DNA of 64,000 bases from a virus (taxonomy: Duplodnaviria > Heunggongvirae > Uroviricota > Caudoviricetes). The stretch spans positions 42,259-106,258 of the IMG/VR virus record IMGVR_UViG_2576861193_000004. The stretch is one strand, 5' to 3'. Positions 48,293 through 57,113 of the stretch are shown here, piece by piece (within the stretch, counting starts at the first letter, position 1; every line of letters begins with the position of its first letter). The translations under genes and the position numbers were made by a program. The notes under the pieces were generated by a model that was given only the letters and a program-made list of their open reading frames with translations, was not told where the DNA came from and made no database searches.

Positions 48293-48886
48293 TTACGCTG
48301 CCTTTTTACGTGGTCTCTTCTTCCTGACAACATTGGCAGGGTCATAACCAACCAGCTTTTTCATCACCGCCAGCGGTATTTTACTGATGGTGTGCCCAGC
48401 TTCCTGACAGTAGCCACGGAAGATAAGCAACATGCTGCCACCAGGGTTGATGTCTACTTCCACCAGCCCAAGTTCAACATCCGGCTCAACAAATGCCACG
48501 CGGCCACCTGACAAGATGACTGTTTCGTTTGCGCACTCAGCCGCACGCTCATACCACCGCGTATCGAGGGATTGTGGTATCAGCATGATCGTCGTCACTC
48601 CACGCGTCTGCTCGCGAATGGCCGCTTCTATCCAGGGGGTGATTTTGGAGTAAGGCGGGTTAAGGAACGCCACAGTGCCAGGTTCTCCCCAACTGCACTT
48701 GAGCGCATCACGCTCAACACCGATAAAGTTCGGCAGGAGAGCATTATCTTTGTTGCAGGCGACGTCCACATCGAACTTTACGCCTATGTAACGTTGGATG
48801 GCGACAAACAACCACTGCGGTGTGCGCCAAAGGTCGCGAAGAGAGGCATCACGCTCTCGCTTTTTGATTTTTTCGGCTGCGATCAT
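48293..48886 (-). CDS. phage-type DNA N6-adenine methyltransferase (Dam-like, orphan)
   Basis: 197 aa; WRTPQWLF N-terminus and catalytic NPPYS motif; no adjacent restriction gene. Confidence 0.7.
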   Translation of the reverse strand: MIAAEKIKKRERDASLRDLWRTPQWLFVAIQRYIGVKFDVDVACNKDNALLPNFIGVERDALKCSWGEPGTVAFLNPPYSKITPWIEAAIREQTRGVTTIMLIPQSLDTRWYERAAECANETVILSGGRVAFVEPDVELGLVEVDINPGGSMLLIFRGYCQEAGHTISKIPLAVMKKLVGYDPANVVRKKRPRKKAA

Positions 48887-48896
48887 TACTTTACTC

Positions 48897-48921
48897 TGAT
48901 AGGTAAATACTTACCTATTTT
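48897..48921. promoter_or_regulatory. motif-2 palindrome
   Basis: tgataggtaaatacttacctatttt: perfect ATAGGTAA-ATAC-TTACCTAT, 10 bp upstream of Dam-like gene. Confidence 0.5.
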
Positions 48922-49041
48922 TTCATTTAATCCAACGGATAGCAAACAAAGAAGAACGCGCCAGATTCGCAAACGGGAAGCTCTCTGGCGCGTTTTATCG
49001 ATGCTGGGTATGCAATGAGCTTACCCAGCGTCCTAAAGCTC

Positions 49042-49914
49042 TCAGGGTGCTTTAGATCGCGCAGAGGAACATTGTTCAATGGAATACTCCGCTATGAATT
49101 TTTTGACGATCGGCGACTCTTTATTAAGCGTTAGATTTCCACCTTCTCTGGTGGCAATGCCTGTGGCCGGAAACACAGCCATCATCTGGCCAGCCTGAGT
49201 CGAAGCCGTGTTAAGTGGATATGGTTTCTCCGGGTAGCTCATTAGCGCCAGTTTAATGCTATTGCTGGTCGCCGTGTTCGTATCAAGAATATGGCGCATT
49301 GCGATTACCGTGTAGACGCTGATTTCCGGGCCACCACTAAACCAGTTCAGGAGGTTTAAGATTTTGTCTTTCGCTTTGACCGGCGCGCCTTCAAATGCGG
49401 CAGTAAAGCGCTCACTATCCAGACCGGCTGTCACATAGAACGATTCATCCTTACCCTCCAGCGTGAAGCGAGGTTTGGTCGGCGCACGCTTTGATTGTGC
49501 CTTCTGGTGTTTTGGCTGCTCTTCTTCAGGTTTAGGCCCAGACTCCACTGAAGGTAAAAGCGTTGGAGCTATATCGGTGGTCTCAGCGCTTCGAGCATCA
49601 AGTTCAGGTGTTGGCTCGTCCACTATCTCCGCAATAGGGCCACGCTCTGGCACCTCGACCTTCACCGATTCGTGTGCAATCTCAAGCTCTTCCAGAACGC
49701 CACTCAGATCGCCGGTAGAGCTGACATTCATGACTTCATCTGCCACCGCCTCGACTGGTTTTGCGATTGCATCATCCAGACCAGAAAGAAGATCGTCGAT
49801 CTCGTCGACACCGCTCATTTTCGCAGCTTTCTGAACCGGTTCTTCGAGAGATTGCAGCATTGCAGTCAATTCATCCAGGTCATCGTTTTTAACAATGTTT
49901 GAAACTGCGCTCAT
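49042..49914 (-). CDS. hypothetical protein
   Basis: Start set at MSAVSNIVKN; acidic/Pro-rich middle region. Confidence 0.3.
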   Translation of the reverse strand: MSAVSNIVKNDDLDELTAMLQSLEEPVQKAAKMSGVDEIDDLLSGLDDAIAKPVEAVADEVMNVSSTGDLSGVLEELEIAHESVKVEVPERGPIAEIVDEPTPELDARSAETTDIAPTLLPSVESGPKPEEEQPKHQKAQSKRAPTKPRFTLEGKDESFYVTAGLDSERFTAAFEGAPVKAKDKILNLLNWFSGGPEISVYTVIAMRHILDTNTATSNSIKLALMSYPEKPYPLNTASTQAGQMMAVFPATGIATREGGNLTLNKESPIVKKFIAEYSIEQCSSARSKAP

Positions 49915-50042
49915 TTTTAACTCCTTATGTTTTCGTTGGTGCATTTCCGCGTTTTGGTTGAGCTTATTCTGGCAAAACCTATCAGGCAGAAAAGTCATAA
50001 CTACAGGCAGTTAAAGGAACTGGAGGCAAAGAAAAAGCGCCA

Positions 50043-50597
50043 TCAGGCGCTTTCGAATGGGAGTTTGAAGAAGCCGTATTTCTCTCGGGCTTTGAAGAAA
50101 CACTGCATCATCAGATCAGTATCGTAGAGAGCACTGTGGGCTTTCTCACGGTCGTAAGTGAACCCAAGTGAGAATGCCAGCTCTTCCAGGCGTGGGCGCT
50201 TCCCATCCTCGGTAGCCCACAGGGAAAATAGAGTGTCAACCAGAGGGATTTCTGGCAATTTCACTCCATAGCTTCCGAACTCGTGGCGAATGAACGGAAG
50301 GTCAAAAGCCTCCCCGTTATGGGCGACTAACGCGCTACATGCCCCCATATATGCAGCAATCTTACCTGCGTGATCAGCCAACAGCGGTTCAGCAGCCAGT
50401 TCTTCCAGAGAGATACCATGTACAGCCTGCGCCTTCGGATCGATGCTACGACGCGGGTTGAAGCGCATCTCAAGGCTGTCAATGCGCTTCTGGGTTTCCA
50501 GTTCATAACGAGATATCGCGATTTCGATAATTTTGTGGCCGGATGTGAAGTCCAGCCCCGTGGACTCAATATCGACGCCACCGACAATCGTGGTCAT
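50043..50597 (-). CDS. DnaQ-like 3'-5' exonuclease (DEDDh)
   Basis: Exo I GVDIESTGLD, Exo II AHNGEAFDLPF, Exo III HSALYDTD. Confidence 0.7.
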   Translation of the reverse strand: MTTIVGGVDIESTGLDFTSGHKIIEIAISRYELETQKRIDSLEMRFNPRRSIDPKAQAVHGISLEELAAEPLLADHAGKIAAYMGACSALVAHNGEAFDLPFIRHEFGSYGVKLPEIPLVDTLFSLWATEDGKRPRLEELAFSLGFTYDREKAHSALYDTDLMMQCFFKAREKYGFFKLPFESA

Positions 50598-50606
50598 TGG
50601 TACTCC

Positions 50607-51041
50607 TTACAGCTTCTTCGCGCCTTTCAGCAGTGCGCCACGCACAAACTGAGCAGCCTTTTTTAGTGCGTCCTCGCCGCTTTCGCAGACGACCGGCTCA
50701 CGCCATTCGCCCGTTGACGTGTTGAGGAGCTGGATTTGGTTAGTCTCCAGGCAAACGGACACATACAAAACCGTACCGCCCGAGAGTTTGAGATGCATAG
50801 GAAACAGAGAGCGCTTGGTGCCGCCATTGAATTGCGACATCGCCGCATTAATGGCTTCACCAACCTCTTCCCCAACAAGACCTTGAACGGACTCAAACAC
50901 TGCTCGGATAGCCAGACGTGCTTCACGTTCACTCATTAAGGAACGGGATTGTTCGTCAGCAATACGGATCAGTGCTTCAATCGCTTTGCGATCTAATTCA
51001 TCCGACAGGGGAAGTTCATCTATCATTCTGTTTTTCCTCAA
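50607..51041 (-). CDS. hypothetical protein
   Basis: 144 aa ORF. Confidence 0.3.
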   Translation of the reverse strand: MRKNRMIDELPLSDELDRKAIEALIRIADEQSRSLMSEREARLAIRAVFESVQGLVGEEVGEAINAAMSQFNGGTKRSLFPMHLKLSGGTVLYVSVCLETNQIQLLNTSTGEWREPVVCESGEDALKKAAQFVRGALLKGAKKL

Positions 51042-51089
51042 TTCATTTCGCGTGTCTTATTGTCACACTGCCCAACAGGGGAACAACAT

Positions 51090-51734
51090 TCAGTGGAAGG
51101 TCACTCGTCCTGTTATACGGCTCTCGATGTTTTCAGTGGCTCTTTCCAGCACACGCAATACCGATCTGGCTCGCGCCTCAACCGTGCGGCACTTTTCAGA
51201 GATAATGAAAACCTGCAAATCGCCGGTATGGGGAAGGGCACTAATTTTCGTCAGCTCGCCACACATAAGTGCATCGATGCGAGCAACATAGAGACGGTCA
51301 AGCGATCCTCGCTGGGGACGCGCGAGATCTTTGCCGGAAAGATCAACGCCCGGGCGAAGACCCGCTATAGCATTAAAGTTGGAAATGGCCGCTTTGTGGC
51401 AAAACTGCTCAATGTCGAGAGCCAGCTCGATGCAGCGGTCTTCGTTGGTCTGGCCGACCAGGTCAAGCGTATAAGCCATGACATCGGCTGGCGTGCGGTC
51501 GATGACAAAACCTTCAACGCCGCGGGTGATCATCTCGATGTGTCTGGCAATCTCCATCTGAACCTGAAGACGCTCGTAAAGGGGCAAACGCTCGCCAACC
51601 TTCACCCCCAGACTGCTCATCAGCTTGCCAACACCGGCATCCACATACGGAATGCCATAGTGCGCATCGATGTACCTTGCCAGGGTTGTTTTCCCACTGC
51701 CCTGTGCGCCAGTGATTCCAATCCGGTAATCCAT
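51090..51734 (-). CDS. P-loop nucleotide kinase-like protein (dNMP kinase-like)
   Basis: Walker A IGITGAQGSGKTTL; 214 aa; sits in nucleotide-metabolism cluster. Confidence 0.45.
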   Translation of the reverse strand: MDYRIGITGAQGSGKTTLARYIDAHYGIPYVDAGVGKLMSSLGVKVGERLPLYERLQVQMEIARHIEMITRGVEGFVIDRTPADVMAYTLDLVGQTNEDRCIELALDIEQFCHKAAISNFNAIAGLRPGVDLSGKDLARPQRGSLDRLYVARIDALMCGELTKISALPHTGDLQVFIISEKCRTVEARARSVLRVLERATENIESRITGRVTFH

Positions 51735-52210
51735 TACGACCTTCTGTATACGATCTGCAAAAAGCCAGGCTCATCCTCATTTGCACGTTGGGTATAAGCC
51801 GTTTCGACTGGTACGAACCCTAAAGAACGCATCATTGGCGCCGGGAAGAACGCATCCGCGCACGGCACATCCACGCCAATATGCGATAGCCAGATCTCTT
51901 CTACGTATGGCAGAAATAGCGAATAAATCTGCCCGCCACCAATCACCCAGACCGGAGCTGGTAGTTTCAAAACGTCATCGATGCCAGCGGGGTAGAAACC
52001 ATTGGGGATATAGCCACGAGAGCGCGTCAAAATGAGGTTATGGCGCTCTGGCAGCGGGCGTTTGAGACTTTCCATCGTCTTACGTCCCATCACGACAGTG
52101 GCGTTTTTGGTGAGTTGTTTGAACAGTTTCAGATCGGTCGGGCAACGCCAGGGAAGTTCGTTGCCAATGCCGATTTCATAGTTGCGGCCGACAGCTGCAA
52201 TCATCTTCAT
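51734..52210 (-). CDS. folA: dihydrofolate reductase
   Basis: MKMIAAVGRNYEIGIGNELPWRCPTDLKLFKQLTKNATVVMGRKTMESL then VWVIGGGQIY; 158 aa. Confidence 0.85.
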   Translation of the reverse strand: MKMIAAVGRNYEIGIGNELPWRCPTDLKLFKQLTKNATVVMGRKTMESLKRPLPERHNLILTRSRGYIPNGFYPAGIDDVLKLPAPVWVIGGGQIYSLFLPYVEEIWLSHIGVDVPCADAFFPAPMMRSLGFVPVETAYTQRANEDEPGFLQIVYRRS

Positions 52211-52620
52211 TGGCTTACCTCATAGATGGTTGGTCGCTGGTGAGAATCTGCCAGCGCAGAACGCAGACGCGGATCATGAACCAGTGCGGCGATAAGTAAG
52301 TCGCCTTTGTGCTCTGCCAGCGTGCGCTTGATATGGGTTTCAAAACTGACACCGCGCGGAACCAGGTGGAGCCAGTCATAATCAATGCCGAAGTCCTTCA
52401 GCCAGCGCTTGGTTGGGCCTTCGAGCGCTTCCGGACGACTACTGATAAGCACCACTTCAGCACCGGAGCGAGCAAAACCACGCAACATGCGGCTGGTGGG
52501 AAAGATGAGTTCATCACCGGCAATGAGAGCGCCTGCATCCGCATCAGGCACTGCTTTGCGATGGCTGGCTCTCGCCAGCACACCTTCAATTTCACACAAC
52601 ACATACATCCCTCTGGCCAT
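52207..52620 (-). CDS. hypothetical protein
   Basis: Start set at internal ATG adjacent to thyA-like stop; coupled to DHFR gene (4-nt overlap). Confidence 0.3.
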   Translation of the reverse strand: MARGMYVLCEIEGVLARASHRKAVPDADAGALIAGDELIFPTSRMLRGFARSGAEVVLISSRPEALEGPTKRWLKDFGIDYDWLHLVPRGVSFETHIKRTLAEHKGDLLIAALVHDPRLRSALADSHQRPTIYEVSQ

Positions 52621-52621
52621 A

Positions 52622-53737
52622 TCACACCGCCACTGGAACCTTGATCCACGGAAGAGGGCTGTAGCCGCACACCTGCACACCTTCCCATTTGAAGTCGTCC
52701 AGTTCGGCCCATTCATGCGGGAAGATGACTACCGGGTCGGACTCTTTGGGCGGCTCGCGCTTCATCAGTTCCTCAACGCCTTCCATGTGGTTGTCGTAGA
52801 GATGAACGTCAAAGCCAAAATGCACGAATGCGCCAGCCATGTGGCCGGTGATCTTCGCGAGGAAGTGGGTGAGAATGCCGTAACCGGCGATGTTGAACGG
52901 CATACCAACAAAGGTATCGACACTGCGTTGAACCAGGCATGAGTTCAGAATGCGTTTCGGGATGCCCAGCTCGTCCAGCATGTTCTCAGTAATGCCGCCA
53001 TCTCTTTCCAGAAGACACAGCATCTGGGTGTAAATGGACTCGTGGCCGTGGCGGTTGTGCTGTATGCCAATGTCGGTGGCCATAGTCAGTCGGGTCTCAA
53101 AGTCCAGCTCGCGACTCCACAGTGAAAACACGAAATGGCATGGCGGCAGCTTCATATCTTCCAGTTCGCCAACATTCCAGGCATTCAGCAGGATGCGACG
53201 ATCTGTAGGGTTGGTGCGAAGCGTGTCAACGATACGCTGTAGCTGGTCAATTTCACGGGACAACACAACGCGATCTTCACTTACGCCCAGATACCCCTCG
53301 ACCTTGTACCCGCGCTCACGGAACGTGTCGATTTTGCGCAGATACTCGCTATGGCTCACGATGCGAGTGTCTTCCCACCGACGCCATTGCTTGCCATAGA
53401 CCGGGCCTAAATCGCCATTTTCATCGGCCCAGGCATCCCAGATTTTGACGCCATTGTCTTTCAGGAACTGGATGTTGCCTGTTCCTTTGAGATACCACTC
53501 CAGCTCAACCAGTAACGGCTTCAGATTGACGGCTTTTCCGGAGATAAGTGGAACAGATCCGCCCGTCAGCATGTAGCAGGAAGGGACATATGAAACACTT
53601 TTTGTGCCGGTTCCGGTGCGATCACCCGCGTGAACGCCAGTGTTGAGCACCGTTTCAACCACTTTGGCATACGAACCACTGGCAAACTGACCGTTCGTAA
53701 AGTCTCGATTCAGTAGGATAGACAAAATCAACCTCAC
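52622..53737 (-). CDS. thyA: thymidylate synthase family protein with two internal insertions
   Basis: DRTGTGT, WADENGDLGPVYGKQWRRW, RRILLNAWNVGELEDMKLPPCH (catalytic Cys), QRSVDTFVGMPFNIAGY, HLYDNH; about 371 aa versus about 264 aa for E. coli ThyA; start is GTG/TTG. Confidence 0.75.
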   Translation of the reverse strand: MRLILSILLNRDFTNGQFASGSYAKVVETVLNTGVHAGDRTGTGTKSVSYVPSCYMLTGGSVPLISGKAVNLKPLLVELEWYLKGTGNIQFLKDNGVKIWDAWADENGDLGPVYGKQWRRWEDTRIVSHSEYLRKIDTFRERGYKVEGYLGVSEDRVVLSREIDQLQRIVDTLRTNPTDRRILLNAWNVGELEDMKLPPCHFVFSLWSRELDFETRLTMATDIGIQHNRHGHESIYTQMLCLLERDGGITENMLDELGIPKRILNSCLVQRSVDTFVGMPFNIAGYGILTHFLAKITGHMAGAFVHFGFDVHLYDNHMEGVEELMKREPPKESDPVVIFPHEWAELDDFKWEGVQVCGYSPLPWIKVPVAV

Positions 53738-53741
53738 ACAA

Positions 53742-53768
53742 GATAAGTAAGCACATACCTATTATTTT
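53742..53768. promoter_or_regulatory. motif-2 palindrome
   Basis: agataagtaagcacatacctattattt immediately upstream of thyA-like start. Confidence 0.45.
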
Positions 53769-53904
53769 ATACAAGTTTATCTGTCAGAAGTGTGTAAGGC
53801 TAGGAGGGGAGTAAAAAAAATGGTGGCTCTTCGGCCACCATTGCAATGAGCAATTAAGAACTTGGACAATAAAACACGCCAAGGCAATATATAATGATAA
53901 GTAC

Positions 53905-54783
53905 TCACTTACAATTATTTTTTACCATCTCGTAAAGAGATGAGGACTTCGCCTTCTCAACAAAGCAAGTCAGATCCACATCGCTGTAGGTGGGAGATTT
54001 GAGGATCTTGCCATCAGAAACCCTGAAACCGATCATCATGTCAGTCCCTTCAGCATGGCAGAAGCCCAGGTCTTCCTTGTCATATTTGCAATTCTCTACC
54101 GCCACACGACGCTCTTCGGCGTCAGCCGGCCACAGCTTGGTCATGTTGGAACGGTGGATTTCTGCCACCAGCTCAACAATATCGATTCCGAGAAAATCAG
54201 CCAGACGGTAGGTCATCATGCAGGCAACGTAGATTTTGTTCATCACGCGGCGCAGCTCCTGCACCAATTCGGAATCGCTTATCGGCTTCGCTTCAAGTTT
54301 GTCAGCCAACGCATTCAGCATTAATGCAGCTTCTTTTGCTTCTTCAAACGGGATAGCCATATCGTCAAAGACCGTGTTGCCCGGAACCATGATGGTGTGG
54401 ATGAAGCGATCAACACTCTGCTCTTGGGTGTAGTAACTCATGCCCGTCGAGATGCCGCCTTTGATGGCCACCATTGTGCCGACGCCCACGTAAAGGAAGT
54501 CAGCCATCGCGTCCAGCAGTGCCGTCATATCCCCATTTTTGGCTGCCGGGATGCCCTCGGTAACTGCTTCTTCGTGGATCAGCTTGGCACGCAGACGCAG
54601 TAATGCCGGATCTGGAATGGCACGGCGTGGGTGCTGAAACAGTGTGTGGAACTGGTCAACCATCAGGTAGATGCTTTCCGTTGTCTTGCCGAAACCGGGA
54701 TTCAACTCGTAAGGCTCTGGTTTAAACCCCACGAGTTTGTCTGCGGCAAGTTTCAGATGATCGGTCAGTTTCGTAAATTTCAT
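53905..54783 (-). CDS. hypothetical protein
   Basis: 292 aa ORF. Confidence 0.3.
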   Translation of the reverse strand: MKFTKLTDHLKLAADKLVGFKPEPYELNPGFGKTTESIYLMVDQFHTLFQHPRRAIPDPALLRLRAKLIHEEAVTEGIPAAKNGDMTALLDAMADFLYVGVGTMVAIKGGISTGMSYYTQEQSVDRFIHTIMVPGNTVFDDMAIPFEEAKEAALMLNALADKLEAKPISDSELVQELRRVMNKIYVACMMTYRLADFLGIDIVELVAEIHRSNMTKLWPADAEERRVAVENCKYDKEDLGFCHAEGTDMMIGFRVSDGKILKSPTYSDVDLTCFVEKAKSSSLYEMVKNNCK

Positions 54784-55048
54784 GTTTTCTTTCCTTTAGA
54801 CTTCTTTTGATACGCCAATTTTGACCCAGCAGCGCCAGGCCACAAAGTGGTTAAACTCGGCTTAGAGGTATTCGAACTGGCTCGGGCCAGTGCAATCGAC
54901 AGCGAACTTTGTCAGCGCTTCATGCAGCTGGCAGCGGCTCGGTGGGCGTTACGTTTTACGATACTTATTATGTGTAGCCCAATTAAAAAGACCACTATAT
55001 ATAGTGGCCTCATGGTAATAGATAAGCACTTACCTATCAATTATCAAC

Positions 55049-55618
55049 TTATAAAATTCCAGCAAGAACATCGCGAACCTGACGGAATTGATCAGTTTGC
55101 ATACCGGTGTAAATCGATGCGACAGCGTCCGCAAGGTGCTCGTTTTTATTCACCAGCACTTCCTTGCCCGATTGCTTCCGGCGCAACCACGGGGCGTTTG
55201 GCTGCTTCTGCGTAGCCCACTGAATGATCTCTTCTTTCGACGTAGTCAGCTTATTCCCGACATAGTACTTAATCTCGTTTGGCGTGACCTGTATCAGTGG
55301 CTTATCCACACACGCCAGTACGCCAAGACAACCACCATAAGAAACCATCGCTCTAGCAGATTGACTGCCTACTGGCAGTTCACAGAACACTAAATGAACT
55401 TGGTCAATCAGTGGCTTAATACCACGCCAAATCTCGTTCAACCGCCGCATATCGTCACTGTTAACGCGAACTTGCTTTTTCGTATCACCAGCTTTCGTCT
55501 CAATGAGATGCAACTTATTGACCTGCAATGCACCTGAATCCAGTTCTATTTCTCCGATGGCAACGCCAAAATTTGACAGAGATGGATCGAGACCTGCAAC
55601 TTTGATTACTTTTTTCAC
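55049..55618 (-). CDS. hypothetical protein, possibly RuvC-fold resolvase-like
   Basis: N-terminus VAGLDPSLSNFGVAIGE resembles RuvC/RNase H-fold start; weak. Confidence 0.3.
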   Translation of the reverse strand: MKKVIKVAGLDPSLSNFGVAIGEIELDSGALQVNKLHLIETKAGDTKKQVRVNSDDMRRLNEIWRGIKPLIDQVHLVFCELPVGSQSARAMVSYGGCLGVLACVDKPLIQVTPNEIKYYVGNKLTTSKEEIIQWATQKQPNAPWLRRKQSGKEVLVNKNEHLADAVASIYTGMQTDQFRQVRDVLAGIL

Positions 55619-56391
55619 TCTGTGACCTCCATTTCAACAAAATGCGGTAGATTGTGCTCTTCGATAAATCGCTTACGCGCTAAGTAAGCCTCCAATTCAT
55701 CGTGACATTGATACAAGAAGACACACTCTCCTTTCCACACAACTCTAGCAACCCAAACCTTGTTCGTTTTGCAGTAATGAACGCCAGTAAACTTCGACGT
55801 ACTACCATCCACTTTCCCTTGTTTATTTGCACTCTGGACGTGCTTGTCAGCCCACCTCAGATTCCCTGGTTCATATCCCTTGCTGGAGTCGATGCGATCA
55901 AGCGTAACCCCCTCTACAACTCTCTCCGTATCGGAAAACGGATAGCCCTCAAGTACGGAAACATACCTGTAAAAATTATCAAAATCCTCGAACCCGGTGG
56001 CGTAAGATATTCCCCGTCCTCCATACTTTTCGTATCTTGCCCGATTTGGATTGTTACAACGCGCCTTCATACTTGCCCAAGTCCAGTACAGAGGGTTTTC
56101 CATGACTTTATATTCTGCGTTCTGGCGATATATTCCGGCACATTTGTTTGAGCAGGTCTTCTGTCTGACTCGCTTCGCGTTCTCAAGGTTTGCAGAGAAT
56201 CGATGACCGCAGATAAAGCATTCAAGCTCAACAATTCGGCGCTTACGCCCCCTTGAATCAAATATTGGCTCCAACTCTCTAATGAAATTTCCGTCGAAAT
56301 CGTCGGGATTGATAGGTTTCGCATCTTTTCTTAATTTTGTCGCTCTTCCTCTCACTTTTGGTCTCCTTACCACGTAGCCCAGGTTGGGCAT
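55615..56391 (-). CDS. HNH-type endonuclease with AP2-like DNA-binding domain (homing-endonuclease-like)
   Basis: Zinc-ribbon CFICGH..CSNKC, HNH-like LDRIDSSKGYEPGNLRWADKHVQ, AP2-like FTGVHYCKTNKVWVARVVWKGECVFLYQCHDELEAYLARKRF. Confidence 0.55.
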   Translation of the reverse strand: MPNLGYVVRRPKVRGRATKLRKDAKPINPDDFDGNFIRELEPIFDSRGRKRRIVELECFICGHRFSANLENAKRVRQKTCSNKCAGIYRQNAEYKVMENPLYWTWASMKARCNNPNRARYEKYGGRGISYATGFEDFDNFYRYVSVLEGYPFSDTERVVEGVTLDRIDSSKGYEPGNLRWADKHVQSANKQGKVDGSTSKFTGVHYCKTNKVWVARVVWKGECVFLYQCHDELEAYLARKRFIEEHNLPHFVEMEVTE

Positions 56392-57113
56392 TCCATTAGT
56401 TTCTGTTCAAGTGTCTTCTCCGGCTCGCGAGTTGGCGGCTTCGGAATGTCGTTAACTACGTGAATGCCATCGTTGATCAGAACGCCTGCAGCAATATCTG
56501 CATCAATAATGCTCTGGCCGATGAAATGCCGCATGATGTCAATAAGTTGGCACGCAGCCTTTTCATTCGCGTTGAATACGTGGGGGAGGAGAACTTCAAT
56601 AATCGCTACTTCACATCCCTTCTCGTAAAAGCAGAGTTTCGCCCGCTTTGAAATTGGCGCGTGCCGGTCATAGTCAACAGAGAAGCTGGCGAAGGCAGCA
56701 CCCGGCATTGCAACGTGATCCGCGCGTGCGTTAGCGTGTCGAATCAGATTAGTGAATGCGGTGCTGATGTGCGTCTCCATTGCATTGAAGAGTGCATTTT
56801 CTTGGATGTTCAGCGTTCCGGTTTCAGGAATCACAACGAACCCCGGCCCAGAATGTGGGAGATATCCACCTTCCGTAAATGGATTAATAAGGATCGGCGC
56901 AGTGCTTCCTGACGGCAGATTAGCCAAGCTCGGCATCAAAGGAGTCGATGACAATAGATTGGTTAATACCGAGAACTGGTTGTCGCTGATGTTTACGTTT
57001 TTCCACAAAAGTGCAGGCGGAGTTACTTTTGCTGTATGGTTGTTTATCAGCTTTATAGACTGCATCACGGCAAACATCTGCAAAAACTGCGTGCGGCTCA
57101 AGTTAAACGACAT
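56367..57113 (-). CDS. hypothetical protein
   Basis: 248 aa ORF. Confidence 0.3.
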   Translation of the reverse strand: MSFNLSRTQFLQMFAVMQSIKLINNHTAKVTPPALLWKNVNISDNQFSVLTNLLSSTPLMPSLANLPSGSTAPILINPFTEGGYLPHSGPGFVVIPETGTLNIQENALFNAMETHISTAFTNLIRHANARADHVAMPGAAFASFSVDYDRHAPISKRAKLCFYEKGCEVAIIEVLLPHVFNANEKAACQLIDIMRHFIGQSIIDADIAAGVLINDGIHVVNDIPKPPTREPEKTLEQKLMECPTWATW

